In this document: in pieces, positions 12,500 through 24,882 of the stretch
How positions within the stretch are numbered: position 1 is the stretch's first letter
How the letters are laid out: the number at the start of each line of letters is the position of its first letter
Source of the DNA: Pristiophorus japonicus
Taxonomy: Eukaryota
DNA: 64,000 nt
Direction of reading: 5' to 3'
Assembly: GCF_044704955.1 (NCBI RefSeq)
Contig: NC_091985.1
Coordinates: 76,322,001-76,386,000, forward strand
Notes under the pieces: model-generated
Seen by the model: only the letters and a program-made list of their open reading frames with translations
What the model was told of the DNA's origin: nothing
Database searches by the model: none
Program-made: the position numbers and the translations under genes

Positions 12500-12800
12500 T
12501 GTAGTGTTAGTACTGCCAATGTGTCATCTACTTGAATCTCAGCGAGGACATACATGAGAAAGTTTCACTTAGGCAGTAACTTGCCCTCAGACCTGTGTTG
12601 GCTCATTGGTCTCGATCAACTGCCAAGGAGCAACTTTCATCCAGTACACTCAGTGCAAGTGAAAGTGAGCAGTACACTAAATGTCTGTGCCAGTGGATAT
12701 TTTCAGGGTCAACAGCAGACATTGTTTGGGTCAGCCAGTATTCAGCTCACCTATTACATCACTGGGAGCAGGTAACAATTGCCCTCTCCCGACATGCGTC
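12500..12800 (+). mobile_element. Highly degraded Harbinger transposase remnant
   Basis: FSGSTADIVWVSQYSAH resembles the HARBI1-type GSFQ..GDI.GISQ..AH segment. Confidence 0.45.
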
Positions 12801-14778
12801 AGCATACATCACATTCAACAGCAGCACATAGCACCAGGGATAGAGGCAGACTCAGTATTGACAATGGTGTCCCCTTCCCTGAGTACTAGATGCTATTTTC
12901 ACTCACGTCCACTCGTACATCTGTAGGCAGTGCCTTTCCTTTTATCAACAATAAGGGCAACATTCAGATGGATCCAACCACCAGCAAAGAATTATGGAAG
13001 TCAAGGGTTGTCTTTGTGGATGATCAAAGTCCCATGCCTCTGATTGCTAAAACTGCCTTTCCTTTAACTAATCTTAACTTTTAACTCTCTGTAAAACTTA
13101 AGCCAATCCAAGACTTGAATACTGCCCCTATAGACATGAGGCTTTTCTCAGCTCAGCTAGTTGTCTTACAATGATCCTTCTCTCACCTCTCACCTCCAAC
13201 CCCTCTGTTGCTTTTCTGTATTGTATTGATACTACTATGGTCAGTGGTCTTCTGAACTTGTTGAGAACAATTTTCCTCTTTCCCTGTGTACCCCCATCAT
13301 GCCCCACCTGATCACAAGTTAAGTGAACCTTCCACGCCACTCCACGCAAATGGACCTGAAACCACCCAAATTGCGGGTATTAATGGCCCAGACACCAAAC
13401 CCCAATGTAGTAACATCCCCAGGCAGGGCTTGTGACCAAAAGTGGAGAGGAAACTACTGCTGCTATGAGCCTCAGAGGCTTGCTTTCTTGGCCTCACTTA
13501 ATCACTACTTCCTAATTTATCTAATCTTTGCCATTTGTTGGGCCTGCTCTAGTGGCTTTCTCCCTTAAAAATGGTTTCTCAATTTAAAAACAAAATTGTG
13601 AATTGGATTGTGATTCCCAAACTCATTTCTCTTGGAATCTTTATCTATAACTGTTTCCATAGTAACGGGAAGACATCCACCGTGTATCAGTCGTGCTTCT
13701 GTTTTCTGGTGACCACAACTGCATTGAAACTGGGCAGTTGATAATCATCACATTTTCTATTCCTGCTTTCAAAATCAACTTCTGTAAAATGTGCAAACAA
13801 TTCACTACTGGCCCCGATGGCTGCCGGGCACACTTTGAATTTCTTGTTCTCGCAAAAGCTTTGAATCAAGTTACGAAACATCACCAAATTTTACAAATGG
13901 CTTCTTACCACCAAAACCTTATTTCCTTTCCAAAATCGACAGGTTGGTGGTTGTGCAATGTGGCCACTAGGTGCACTCTGATTTCATTTGTTTGTCACTC
14001 AACTGCCTTGAAACTATTTGATTAGTCATCATCACGAATATTTTTGTATCAAAGATAACCAGATCATTCAAAGCTTATCAGGTGCATCCGCTGGTGACTT
14101 TCACCCAATGGTTCCAGTGTATAGTAATCTGGCTGGAGTCAGCTGGTTACTGCAGGTTTTGCAGTTTCCTTGGGTTCTTTTTAACCGACACATGAATTAT
14201 GGTAATAAAGCTGCTTCCGATATGTGGGCAGCATTTTCATTATCGTATTAAAATTGGTTTGCATGCCACAGTGTGTCAAGCTGAAAGCATAATCTCCAGG
14301 CCAGCCTCAAGGAGTCTGGACGTCCCAGAAGTCTAAAGTCTAAGATTTAATAGTGCATCAATTAGCCCAATTAAAGGTTATAGGGCAGATTTTCCTGCAC
14401 TACCCCCACTCTGGTACAGGGCAGGAGTGCCAGCATTTCCTGTGCAGGGCCATTTACATGACCCTTGAATTACCTCCTCAGATTCAGCATTAAAGCATTG
14501 ATCTGGGCAGGCGTGTTGGATTCGAGGACAGGACCTGGTTACACTCAATCCCTGACCCCTTTTCCCACCCTAGGAATGGGTGGATGAATTATGATGACAC
14601 GCACGGAACTTCCTGCCATTTTCACCCGAGCAATGCTGTGCGTAAGAGATGCCCACGTGTTCCTGGCATCCTGGCATCCGGCATTGCAAGGGGCCTCATG
14701 GATTTAAAATTTAAAAGGCTATTTTCCTGATTGCAGCTTTTTGTTATTTACGTTTTGAAAATTTTCAGGTTAACTCCA

Positions 14779-16444
14779 GGGGCTCGATTTTTCCTACGGA
14801 GGTAGGAGAGAGACGGGTGACGTCCGAGGTGGGCTGCAACCCCACTCCTGGCTCCACGTCAGTTTCCCCGAACGTCTTTCCCTAGATTGGGCTTGTTAAG
14901 CCCGCCCTGCGAAGTTCCCGGCCAATTAAAAGGAAGCGGGTCTGATGGTGTCATCTGATGATGCACCATTAGCCAGTTTCCTTAAAGGGATCATGCCCAC
15001 ATAGATTTTGACAGTTGTGCTGTCAGTGTTCTACAGCATTGAGGTGCTGCAAACACTCAGAAGCACTGCACAGAGGTGCAAGGTTGCACCCAGGCGCTCC
15101 CATCACTCCCTCCATATGCTTATGGAGGGGGTAACAGCATGCAGGGAGGTTCTCTTCCCTTTCCATGGGTGGAAGGGACCTCCCCAGGACACCAACACAG
15201 CCTGGTTACACACACTCAACCTCATCCAGCTGTGCCTCTCATCACCGATCACTCTGCCTTCCCTACCCTACTCCTGCACATCCTTACTCACACCAACTTA
15301 CCTTGCATCTCCACCCATCTTTCTCTATCTACATTACTTCCCCATCTCACCAGCTACCCTTCACACTCACCCTCATCTTTGTCCAATCATACCAACTAAA
15401 AACGCACAAAGGTAGGCACTTGGGTGTTATCGCCAATGCTGATGTAGTCTCTGCCAGTGCATAGTTAAACATTGAAATCTTTATTTTGAACACCAAGCCT
15501 TCTTGGACAGATCTGTGTGCACCTCTGGAAGTGGCTTAGTGAGTTGCAGTGAATGGTGAGACTTAATGGTATCCCCCCCCCCCCAATATTGATGAGTGTG
15601 AAAGGAATGGCGTGGGCATTGTAGGAATGTTTATGGTGTTGGTGTGGGGTAGTGTCAACCTGGCTCATCATGTGGCAGCCAGAGTGTACAGCATCAAGTG
15701 AAGTAAATCTGGCCGTGGTGAGGCCATCCCTGGCGTCAAGGCCAGCAATGTCCCCTGCCCTGTGCAGACATCAGGTGATTGTAGAGAAGGTTGGTGTTGT
15801 TAATGATGCTGGTGTGCCTGGTGCTGCTGCTGTTGGGGATGATCGTGTTGGGATTCTACAGATCAAGGTGAGATTTTTTGCACAGGCACCGATGCTGATG
15901 GAATAGATGACAGCTGAAGTTAAGATGACAGAAGCAATCTGTCAGTGATGAGAGAGGTTACTCCAAGGAGGTGACACCTGATAGAGAGTTCACTGCAAAC
16001 ACTTCAAACCTCCATAAAGCTGAAAAGTGTATTCCAAATCCTGAAGGCTTCAGCTTCTCAAATTGGAAATTGAACAGCTGTGAAATGGTAACTTTTATAC
16101 CACTTCTGCAGCTGTCAACTAGTCAAACCAATCCAGTGCTCTTGAGAACCTGACACACTTACCTGATGTGATACCCGAGGGACGTGAATCTTGTGACAAA
16201 CTTGGAAAAGTCCTTTGGACCTGGTAAAATGTTGCTTAAATAGCTTTAAGCAGCTTCTTAGCTATCACAATTGTCTGACATGTCGCTTAGTGCTGGGTCT
16301 GCAAACCGCAGCCAGAGACGGCACTTTGGAAATTCACAAGGAAGCGGGTACAGAGCGGACTTCCACCACACTGTCAATCATGACAATTTTGACAGCAGAC
16401 CCGCCTCTATACTCGCACTCACAGGGCTGGTAAGATTCTGGTCT
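14779..16444. mobile_element. Internally deleted Harbinger element with Myb/SANT remnant
   Basis: APRRSHHSLHMLMEGVTACREVLFP...PPQDTNTAWL (15085-15210, +) resembles the Harbinger Myb/SANT N-terminus; degenerate gggctcgatttt terminus. Confidence 0.55.
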
Positions 16445-16899
16445 AGGTTATTTACGCTGCGGCAAGGCATCGCATTGAGTTTCCTCCCTGCCACCTGAGG
16501 CAGGTGCCCCAACTGCCTCTTAACAGCGTGCTTGCCACCCGAGATATTTAAATACGTCTGACTCCAGGAACTGGGATGAAGTTAGGAGTACAAGTAGCGA
16601 GCAGCTTAGATGTCTTACCCTGTCATATGTACAGTGGTTGTAGAGCAGAACCATAGGAACTTCAGGTCCACGAAGACAAGTCATTGCATGGGCTCTAACT
16701 TGAGTTGCAATATCCGTTCACTTCTCTTAGAGGAATAAAATATCCATGAAAGGCTGAAAGAGAAAATACTAACTTTGAAAATTAGTAGTGCATTCATGCT
16801 TGCTTGGCACAGATGCTTCTCCAGGAATTTTTGAAATTTTGCACTAAAAATGATGACTTCTGGTTCATTCTAAGCAATCCAGAGTGCCCAGAGACCCAA

Positions 16900-17110
16900 A
16901 GAATGACTGGGTAACATTTGAGAGACCAAGACTGGCCTTTACAAAGCTAATGATGCCATCAAGAACCCCCATACAGAAGCAGAGTTCTGATACAATGAGG
17001 CCCAATCATCACCAGAGTTACTGTACAGCACACCTTAGGCATCGTCAGGCAATATTTCCATTGATGCTGCAAGACATTTGCTGCATGGTCACAACTTAGA
17101 CATAAAAGGA
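16900..17110 (+). mobile_element. Harbinger transposase C-terminal remnant
   Basis: Frameshifted LMMP..NPHTEAE..YNEA...ICCM.HNL motifs. Confidence 0.45.
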
Positions 17111-18309
17111 ATGGATATGCAGCACGCTGAGAGGGAGAGCAGATCTCCCTGTTGAAAAGTAAGACACACACAGAGGGAACTGATGTGAAGGCAAGCAGAG
17201 TGGAGCAAAACTGATTGACTGCTTTTTCTTGTTACTGCCCAGCTATCATTGTGTTATGAAAGCCAACATTGTAGCCATGAATATGACACACATTTCCACC
17301 ACACAATCTGCATTGCCCTCTTTCCATCCTGTACCAGCACTTAAACCTTTGCACAACTGAAACCAACAACCCTCAGTGGCCAGACAAATGAGAGATAAAA
17401 AGATCTCATTTAAGTGGTGCTAGTTACTTGTGCTAGGCCTTTGACTATGCTTTTGGCCTTTCCCTACTCTCAGCCTTACACTGCGGTGAAGTGCTCCCGA
17501 ATGAGAGGAGCGAGGTTACTGCGGGGTGCCGCGACCCTTTTGGGATGGTCATGGCCTGGAATCTCCGGGTATAGGGGGCATGTAATGTCTCTGCAACAGC
17601 TGGAGCCACATCCACCAACACAGTGGCTGCAGCACCTGCCTACTCTCTGGCACTTCCTCACTCCTTTCAGGGCTCTGGCTGGAATGGAGGTTTATGCCAA
17701 CCCCTTAAGTGGAGGCCACCTACTCAGACCATCCTGTCACATCCTCAATGCTGGACCTCCCAGCTGGAGATCCCATGATCTGCATGAGAGCTGTCAATGG
17801 GGTGTCTCTGATGTGGACGATGCCGGCTTTCGCTGCGCTTTCCAAATAATTACCATGTGTGAAATCCAGCAGTGGCAGCCTCCTGTAACTGGGAGCTCAA
17901 TGGCATTATCACTGTGTTTGTGAGAGAACACTGTTCACACTTGTTCCCGAACAGCTTTGGCACTCCCCTGCAGAAGGCCACAAAGATGCCACTTGCTCCG
18001 CGGTGCTCTGCATGTCAAGAACTCCCTGCTGTGATGACACAACTGCATATTCTCTGACAGCTGCTGCACTGCTCAAGGCAGGCTCAAAGTCTGTATTTGC
18101 TCCGATATTAACTCCCTTCTAAAGAAAGACTATAGAATATGAATCATGCTGTGGGCTTGCAGGCTCACCTTATTGTTCAGGTTCCACTGATGCCAGGTTG
18201 ATTTGCTCCTTCTGATTTGTGGTTTCTACTTTACCCAGTGACCCTTATTCAAACTCACTAAAAGTAAGTTATAGGTTGCGAGTACCTGTGCTGTAGCTTG
18301 GGCAGGTGG

Positions 18310-19830
18310 AGTGCCTGACAAGTTTCCACATGATTTGCTCCTGATTTTTAGGAGCAACTGGTGTAGAACGGAGTATCTTAGAAATCGGAATTCTCGTCAT
18401 TTAGTTTGCTCCAGTTCTCGTCAGTTAGAACAGTTTCACTTTGGAACAGAATTTTTTTTTCAAAAGGGGGCGTGTCCGGCCACTTACGCCTGATTTCAAA
18501 GTTTCGTGAGTGAAAACTTACTCCAAACTAACTTAGAATGGAGTAAGTGAAGATTTTTGTACGCTCGAAAAAACCTTGTCTACACTTTAGAAAATCAGGC
18601 GTAGGTTACAAATTAGGTGTAGGGAACGAGGTGGGGGGGGGGAAGGGAAGTCATTAAATTCTACAATCAATCCTTAGTTATACTTATACAAATATTATAC
18701 AAATAAATCCAACCTGTATAAAAATTTATAAGCAAAGAAAAGATTAAATAAACCATGTTCCTACCTGTGTGAAAGTGCTTCAGGCAGGCCTTTCATGTTG
18801 GAGACAGGCAGGGGTGTGGCGTCAGTGTCTCGACGGCAGCGGCAGCAAGCTTCGAGCTGAGCTGCAGTGCTTGAGGCAGGCCTTCATTCTCTTCGTGGCT
18901 GGCCGCGAAGAAGCAGCACCGGACGGACCCGAGGCCATTCAGCCATGAGATATCAGTGGCGTCAGTGGCTGGCCGGCAGCCAAAGAATCAGCAGCGGACC
19001 GACGTGAGGCCATTCGGCCATAGGATATCAGCAGCGTCAGTGGCTGGCCGGCAGCCGAAGAATCAACACCTGACACACGCAGCTCTTTATGGTGCTTGAG
19101 GCCATTTGGCCACGCTTTAGGGGCGACGTCAGTGGCTCGACGGCAGCCGAAGATACAGCAGCAGCCTTCGAGCTGTGAGGGGGACTGAGGCCATTTGGAC
19201 AGGGAGAGGCAGCCACATCGACAGTTTTATATTTAAATTTGCAGAATGGGTGCTGCATTGTCAACACCACGTATTATGCAATGGTTTGCCATCTTTGTTC
19301 TTGGTGGATGTTGATCCATTGCAAAGTTGAATTGGCATTCTTATTTCTCCAAACACACAGTCCTTAATTTGCATGCACCAATGCAGCACCGGTTCTGCAA
19401 GTTTAGCAGTGAAAAGCTGAACTCACTGATTTCAGCAGGTGATTTATTCAGCAGTGCTGCTAAAAGCACTCCCTCACACACAGAAATATCAAAAGAAATT
19501 AAATGACAAGCCTTTGCAGGGGTCCAAGAAACAAATCTTCACTTTTTCTGCAGTATTTTTAAAAATGGGCGAGTGCCAATGTTTGTGTGAGACTGCGCGT
19601 GCGCGCACGCTCCAACGCGCATGCGCAGGGTTGCCGGCACCACGAAGGCTAATTTAAATTGTACCCGCCCCCTGCTACTTAGAAAATTGGCGCAAGTGTT
19701 AGGCTCCGCCCCCTGCTGCGAAGAGCGCGCCGCGCCAAGCAGACATCGAGCTCCAAGGAGCTCGAGAATATCGGACTTTTTTTTAGGTGCAGTTTTCGCC
19801 GCGGGACGTGAAGTGAAGTGTTTGGGGCCG
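18310..19830. mobile_element. Non-autonomous Harbinger-like element, related to 10357-11685
   Basis: Left arm (ttgctcc..ggagcaact..ggagtatctta..tttcaaaagggggcgt..ttactccaaactaactt) matches the reverse complement of 11455-11670; right arm (GC box, gcgcatgcgc) matches 10420-10500; internal ~75-bp tandem repeats at 18930-19200; termini degenerate. Confidence 0.65.
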
Positions 19831-22178
19831 AGTTGTCATTTCCTCTGACCTCACCTTAGAGAGCAACCGGCAACAAGAGAAACAAATATGTATCCTCCAA
19901 AGAATGGTTTCCAAGGCCAGTAAGCTCATACAACTTCAGTACATACTGCAGTAGATTAGCAGATGTAGGCCCTGGTTCCAGGATTCTGAAACAGAGTCCC
20001 AATATGAGTGATCATGGCAAAAGGAGGATACTTGCTGACTAGCAGGATTACAATGTTAAACACCTCCTAGCCGATGTCCTCTTTGAATCCTTGTTCAAAT
20101 AGGGCTAGTGCCATTTCCTCATTCATAGAGAGATCCTTCAGTAGAGTTAGGCTAATCTTATCCCATTTCTCACTTTAGTCATGCGTAACCTTGGCCAGTA
20201 AGCAGAGCACATTTATGAAGATATTAGCCAGTGACAGAGCACATAAAATGGCTCTGCTGAGTCCTGACCACTTCTCTCCCTGGCTCTGACTACTCCCATG
20301 AGTTCACATAGTGGTTTTCTAGACATGACTGGTTGGCCTGGCAAGAGCTCTGTACATGGAACTAGCTCTCCCCACTGGCGATGTAGCTCTGTGGAATTAA
20401 GGTCTGCTGCAAAAAGAGAACAATACTGTGTGCTAGCATGTTAATGGACAGCTACTCTGGGCCATGCCTAATATGGATGTATGAAAAGGTGCCTATACTT
20501 ACCTTGGCACTTCCTTTTATGGCAGTAAATTTCTCCTTTATTTGCTCCTAGATCTGACAGCTCCCAGGCAGCTTGGGCCTTTGAAGAGGTGATCCAAAGA
20601 GGGCCAACTCGTTCACTGCATCACGTGAAACAGGATGTCCAAGGCATCCAATAGTAAAAGTGGGGTTTTCACCATGCCCATCATTGCACAGATCTGAAAC
20701 TGTTACCTTCACCCAGCTGCAGCACTCTTTTATTTCCTCCTAAGGGCAGGTAGCTGCCCTCTAAGAGCAGCTTGCTAATCCAATTTTCAAATACAGCCAA
20801 CCAGCCTTCAGGCTTCACTTCCTGCAAACGTTTTCCATCTCCATTAATTAATGAGAGGAGCCTCAATCACATCCTTGGACCAGGCCAGCCCCTTCCTCCC
20901 AGGTGAGCACAGACCCAGTTTTTGGAAAATCAGAGTTTAGGAACAACTTGACACAATCCCTCTTTAAGGATCTACCTATTCTGCTGATGTTGCTGCTGTT
21001 TCTCTCCCAATTACCAACGACACAATTCTTTACACCAACAGTGATTTTTGATGCTTAATTATCAATGCTTTGATCAGTAATTATCAAAGAGCATGTTTCA
21101 TGATTTTTCCAGAAATACCTAAAAGAGGAAATCTTCATGAACCCATTTGCAGCATTGTTACATACAGCGTGCAGAGGATTTCCTATTCTGATTCCAATCC
21201 ATTGATCAAATCTGGACAGCAAATAAGGGAGGGATCATTATTGTGCAGACTAGTAGGGTGAAAATATCTGAACCACTACATCAATGACCTGCTTTAAATA
21301 GATGGGATTTTTTTTAAAGTGTCACAATGAATTTAACACCTGTCCCATTTATCATTTCCATCTGCAATATGCTTCCACCCAGAAATGGAGAATGCAATTG
21401 CAGAAATACACCTACACCAAGCGATGAATGAAAAACTCCTCAGACCAATAACATTCCGATAATGTTACAGTCTTACAGTGTGAGACATGAGGGAATGTAT
21501 CCTGTTTGGGTTAATGATAGTGGTGCCAGATTGTAGTCAATGTTTTGTAGCTTGTTGTCTGTATTTATGTGAAATGGCAACTGACAATGTGGCAACTGCT
21601 AGATGCTTTGTAGTTTACAATAAAGTATATTCCAGTGCAGATCTTTGTTTCCTCAAGCAATGACATGACTTGATTTCAGCAAGAACACATAACCCTAAAT
21701 ATCGGAACTTATGATGGAAATGTCTATGACATTAATGCACAGTGTGAGGTTCACACCCTTTTATTAAGGGAAATGTGAAAACACTTTTTAGAGAACTAAT
21801 TTCAGATACTTGGGGTTTGTAGAAGAGGAACAATGGCATGCTAATCCATTTAATGTACATGCAACATTAAATATAATGAATCTGAATTATAGTTAATACA
21901 TATAATGGTACTGTCATAATAGTTTAGTACAGAATCAGGTACAACTGTTATTTATTCACAGAACAAACAAGACATATTCCTGTTTCTACTTGGTACATTT
22001 GTTACACGGTTCTTTTTAGAGTAGTAATTTTCTGTTTGGCTTGTGGTTTAGATGCTGGTGAAGTGTACGAACTTGAGTAGTAAGGGAGTGTTTGATGGGA
22101 CTGTGTAGAAGGAGCTTTACTCTGGATCTCTTTGACCAAATTTTTGGTCACCTGTTCCAATATCTCCTGAAATGGCTC

Positions 22179-22370
22179 AGTAAAGGCCTAACTCTGTCAA
22201 GCCTGTGTGGTGGCTGATGTGCAACGGTTAAAAAAATCCATGCACAGGCATCTTCCACCCCTTCAATTGGAGTTCAGGACTGGAACATCGGGTCCTTCAT
22301 TGCAACATCTGTGAACTCATGTGGAAGCATATCATCCTCGTTCAAGGGACTGCCTACGATGATAATGATA
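22179..22370 (+). mobile_element. Short retroposon with RTE-type 3' tail, inserted in an L2 3' end
   Basis: Ends ggaagca..catcctcg..agggactgcctacgatgataatgat, like the RTE tails; TSD aaatggctc at 22170-78 and 22371-79. Confidence 0.7.
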
Positions 22371-23210
22371 AAATGGCTCGGTGTCAAATCTTCCTGTGAT
22401 ACGTCTTGGGAGTTTTTACTATGTTAAAAGCATTATATAATGCAAGTTGTTGTTGAAAATGTCTCTCTGTGATACAATAAAACACTTTCTTAATTTCACC
22501 ACCTTTCTTCTGGAGTTCTTTGCATGTGGTCATTTGTCATTACAAATCGGCAGAATATTTGTACAATATGATCAACGTGAGTAGTGGGATAAGATGAAAA
22601 GAAAAGCAAAGACAGCAACAATCTATATAAGACAGATTGACATTTTCATTAGTATATGCAGTCCAAAAAATCAAATTGCTGAACTGCATAACAATAAGCC
22701 TCTTTCTGTGGACGAAAGCCAACTCCAAATGCCATGGATAACTTTAAAAAAAAACATACAGAAAATTGTGCTTAGAAAATCATTCAATGAAATGCTTTCA
22801 AAGATGATTGTACTTTTACTTATAAATCATTTGTATTAAAGCTTTACATTGCATTGCCAACAATTTGCTGATATTTTCTGCTGTGCATGTGTTATGGCTA
22901 GATGTGTGAATTTATGAGCAGCGCAGCTCACAAGAGGATTCTTGAATTTTCTCCTTTTTAATTAATGGGGCTGCATTGTGAAGGCAAAGTGTCCCTTCCC
23001 CCGCTCTCTTTTCTTGCCCATGTGTCCAGTCTCCTCCCCCTTTCCCAAAGGTGTTGATTCTTGGTATAGTTTCACAGACACTGATCATGCTTCAGTGACT
23101 CTCCAACGTAGCAGTTTTTCATGTGCAACCATTGAGAATAAATGTTGGCAGGCTGTTCGACTGCAGGAGGCATCGTAGCCAAGCCAAATCCTATTTCCAC
23201 TAGGGGGGGG

Positions 23211-23921
23211 GGGGGTGAAATTACCCTCCAATCCAAACAGGTGGATCATTTGAATTAAATGATGATTCTCCACCCCAATCCTTGGGGCGGAGAGTGAAGG
23301 GATTTTGCCCTCTTTTTCTGTGCGATTTAGTCGGGGTGGTGTTCCGGGCGACTGCGGGGTGGAAGTGGGTTGGGAGCGGGGCAGGAGGCGAGCGGTGTCA
23401 TCAGCGCTGCGCTGAGCACAGCAACGTGACGCTGACGCGTACCTACGTCCCTCCCCTTCACTTAAAGGCGAGGGTCGTTTTGAGCTCTGCAGGCACTTTA
23501 GTGGTGCCCAGTGGGCCAGCAGGGAGGGCTTTGGCCGGGTCGCCAACAGGCATCCCCGCACCCACTCTTGGGTGCCGGACCGCTGGCCTGGTCAAAGCCC
23601 TCCCTGGTGGCCCAGTGGCCGTCAGTGTTGCACCGCCCAGCCACTGGCAGCTTCCCGCCGGGAAAAGCTGTCGGGGGCAACGAGCGGTGGTGGCTCCGCT
23701 CTCACGGGCAAATCTCCCTCGCGGGGCGGAAAGTGGTCGCCACTGGGCGGTAAGGGTCGGGCACGCCGAGTGGGGCAGAAACCTGTTTCTATCGCCCCCC
23801 CCCACCCAGCCCAGGGGTAATTTCTGATGGGTTGGCCCATCCGCCTGCCCCCGGACGGAATGGCCTTACCGCCCTTTAAGATGCAGTAATGGACCTTAAA
23901 GAGGAGGGAAATTTCAGCCCC
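23211..23921. mobile_element. GC-rich Harbinger-like MITE
   Basis: TIRs ggggtgaaattaccc / gggaaatttcagcccc; internal similarity to 49841-50404. Confidence 0.65.
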
Positions 23922-24882
23922 AAAATCTTTGAAGCATGAAGGGGACTAAAAGCCATTGAGTTGAGGGGAATTAGTTAAGGCAATGCGTAGCTGTGTTGCA
24001 TATACTAAGAAGGCTCCAGATATAATTCCTGGTCTGATCTCAATAGGGGCAGAAGTAGTGGATGATACAATTAGCTCAGTTAACTCCCTGGATTAGGCAG
24101 TTGAAAATTGGCCAGGGTTCCCACTCCTAATCGCTATTCAGCAAACTATGCTGGAAATGCTTGCATGTGTGAGGATATTGGGCGAGGCCAGGCTGTGATT
24201 CCCCTTGTGTCAAGAAGCCTGCCAACACTCACTGTCCAGGCTTATACATGATGGATGACCGCCTGGGACAGATATTGTAAGGCCAACAAGCAGTTCACTC
24301 CTCGAGGAAAAGAGGACAGAAGGGATATGAGTGGCAGAAATAGAAAGCATTAAAAGATCTATCAAAGAAAGATACTATGCCATGACAGGATTAGTTAGTA
24401 TTCAGCACTGGAATCTATAAACAAAAGGGCTGAGGTACAGTTTTTTAATTTAAGATCTCCAGATTGTGGCACCAAACTGACCTTATCACCTCAGACACTA
24501 CTCACTCAGCACTGCTTTTATTTCCCAATGCTGGTTTTATAATATGTAACACCACAACCAGTCTGGTTTCTGTATTTGATAATCTAGCTACTAATTGAGC
24601 AATTAGTCGAGCAGGCTGAAAGGACAACAGGAATCAATTTGTTTATCAGTAAATTTGACAAAAACATTGGCTCAGATTTTGCGATCACCAGCGAGCAAAC
24701 AGCGCTCTCCGTTCATTACACTTACATGTACCCACAGAGCTTCTGTGGACTTTTGCACCGCAACTTGTGGTAATTAGAAATCTGAAACAGCTCGGTGCCC
24801 TCTACCGGGGATCTGTGTGAACAGGACAAGCAAAGGTATGTCTCCTTAACCAAACAAATTGAAGAATACTTACTGAGAGATG

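Noticed and set aside
13960-13980. CTCF-like motif tggccactaggtgcac
   Set aside because: Imperfect single match; cannot be supported from sequence alone.
19860-22000. Possible host exons in the non-repetitive stretch (also 11700-12400, 13500-14350, 41450-42790)
   Set aside because: No recognisable protein motif or convincing splice-bounded ORF; small exons cannot be excluded.
23085-23840. Cluster of overlapping 60-180 aa ORFs
   Set aside because: GC-rich MITE interior with few stop codons; no recognisable domain.
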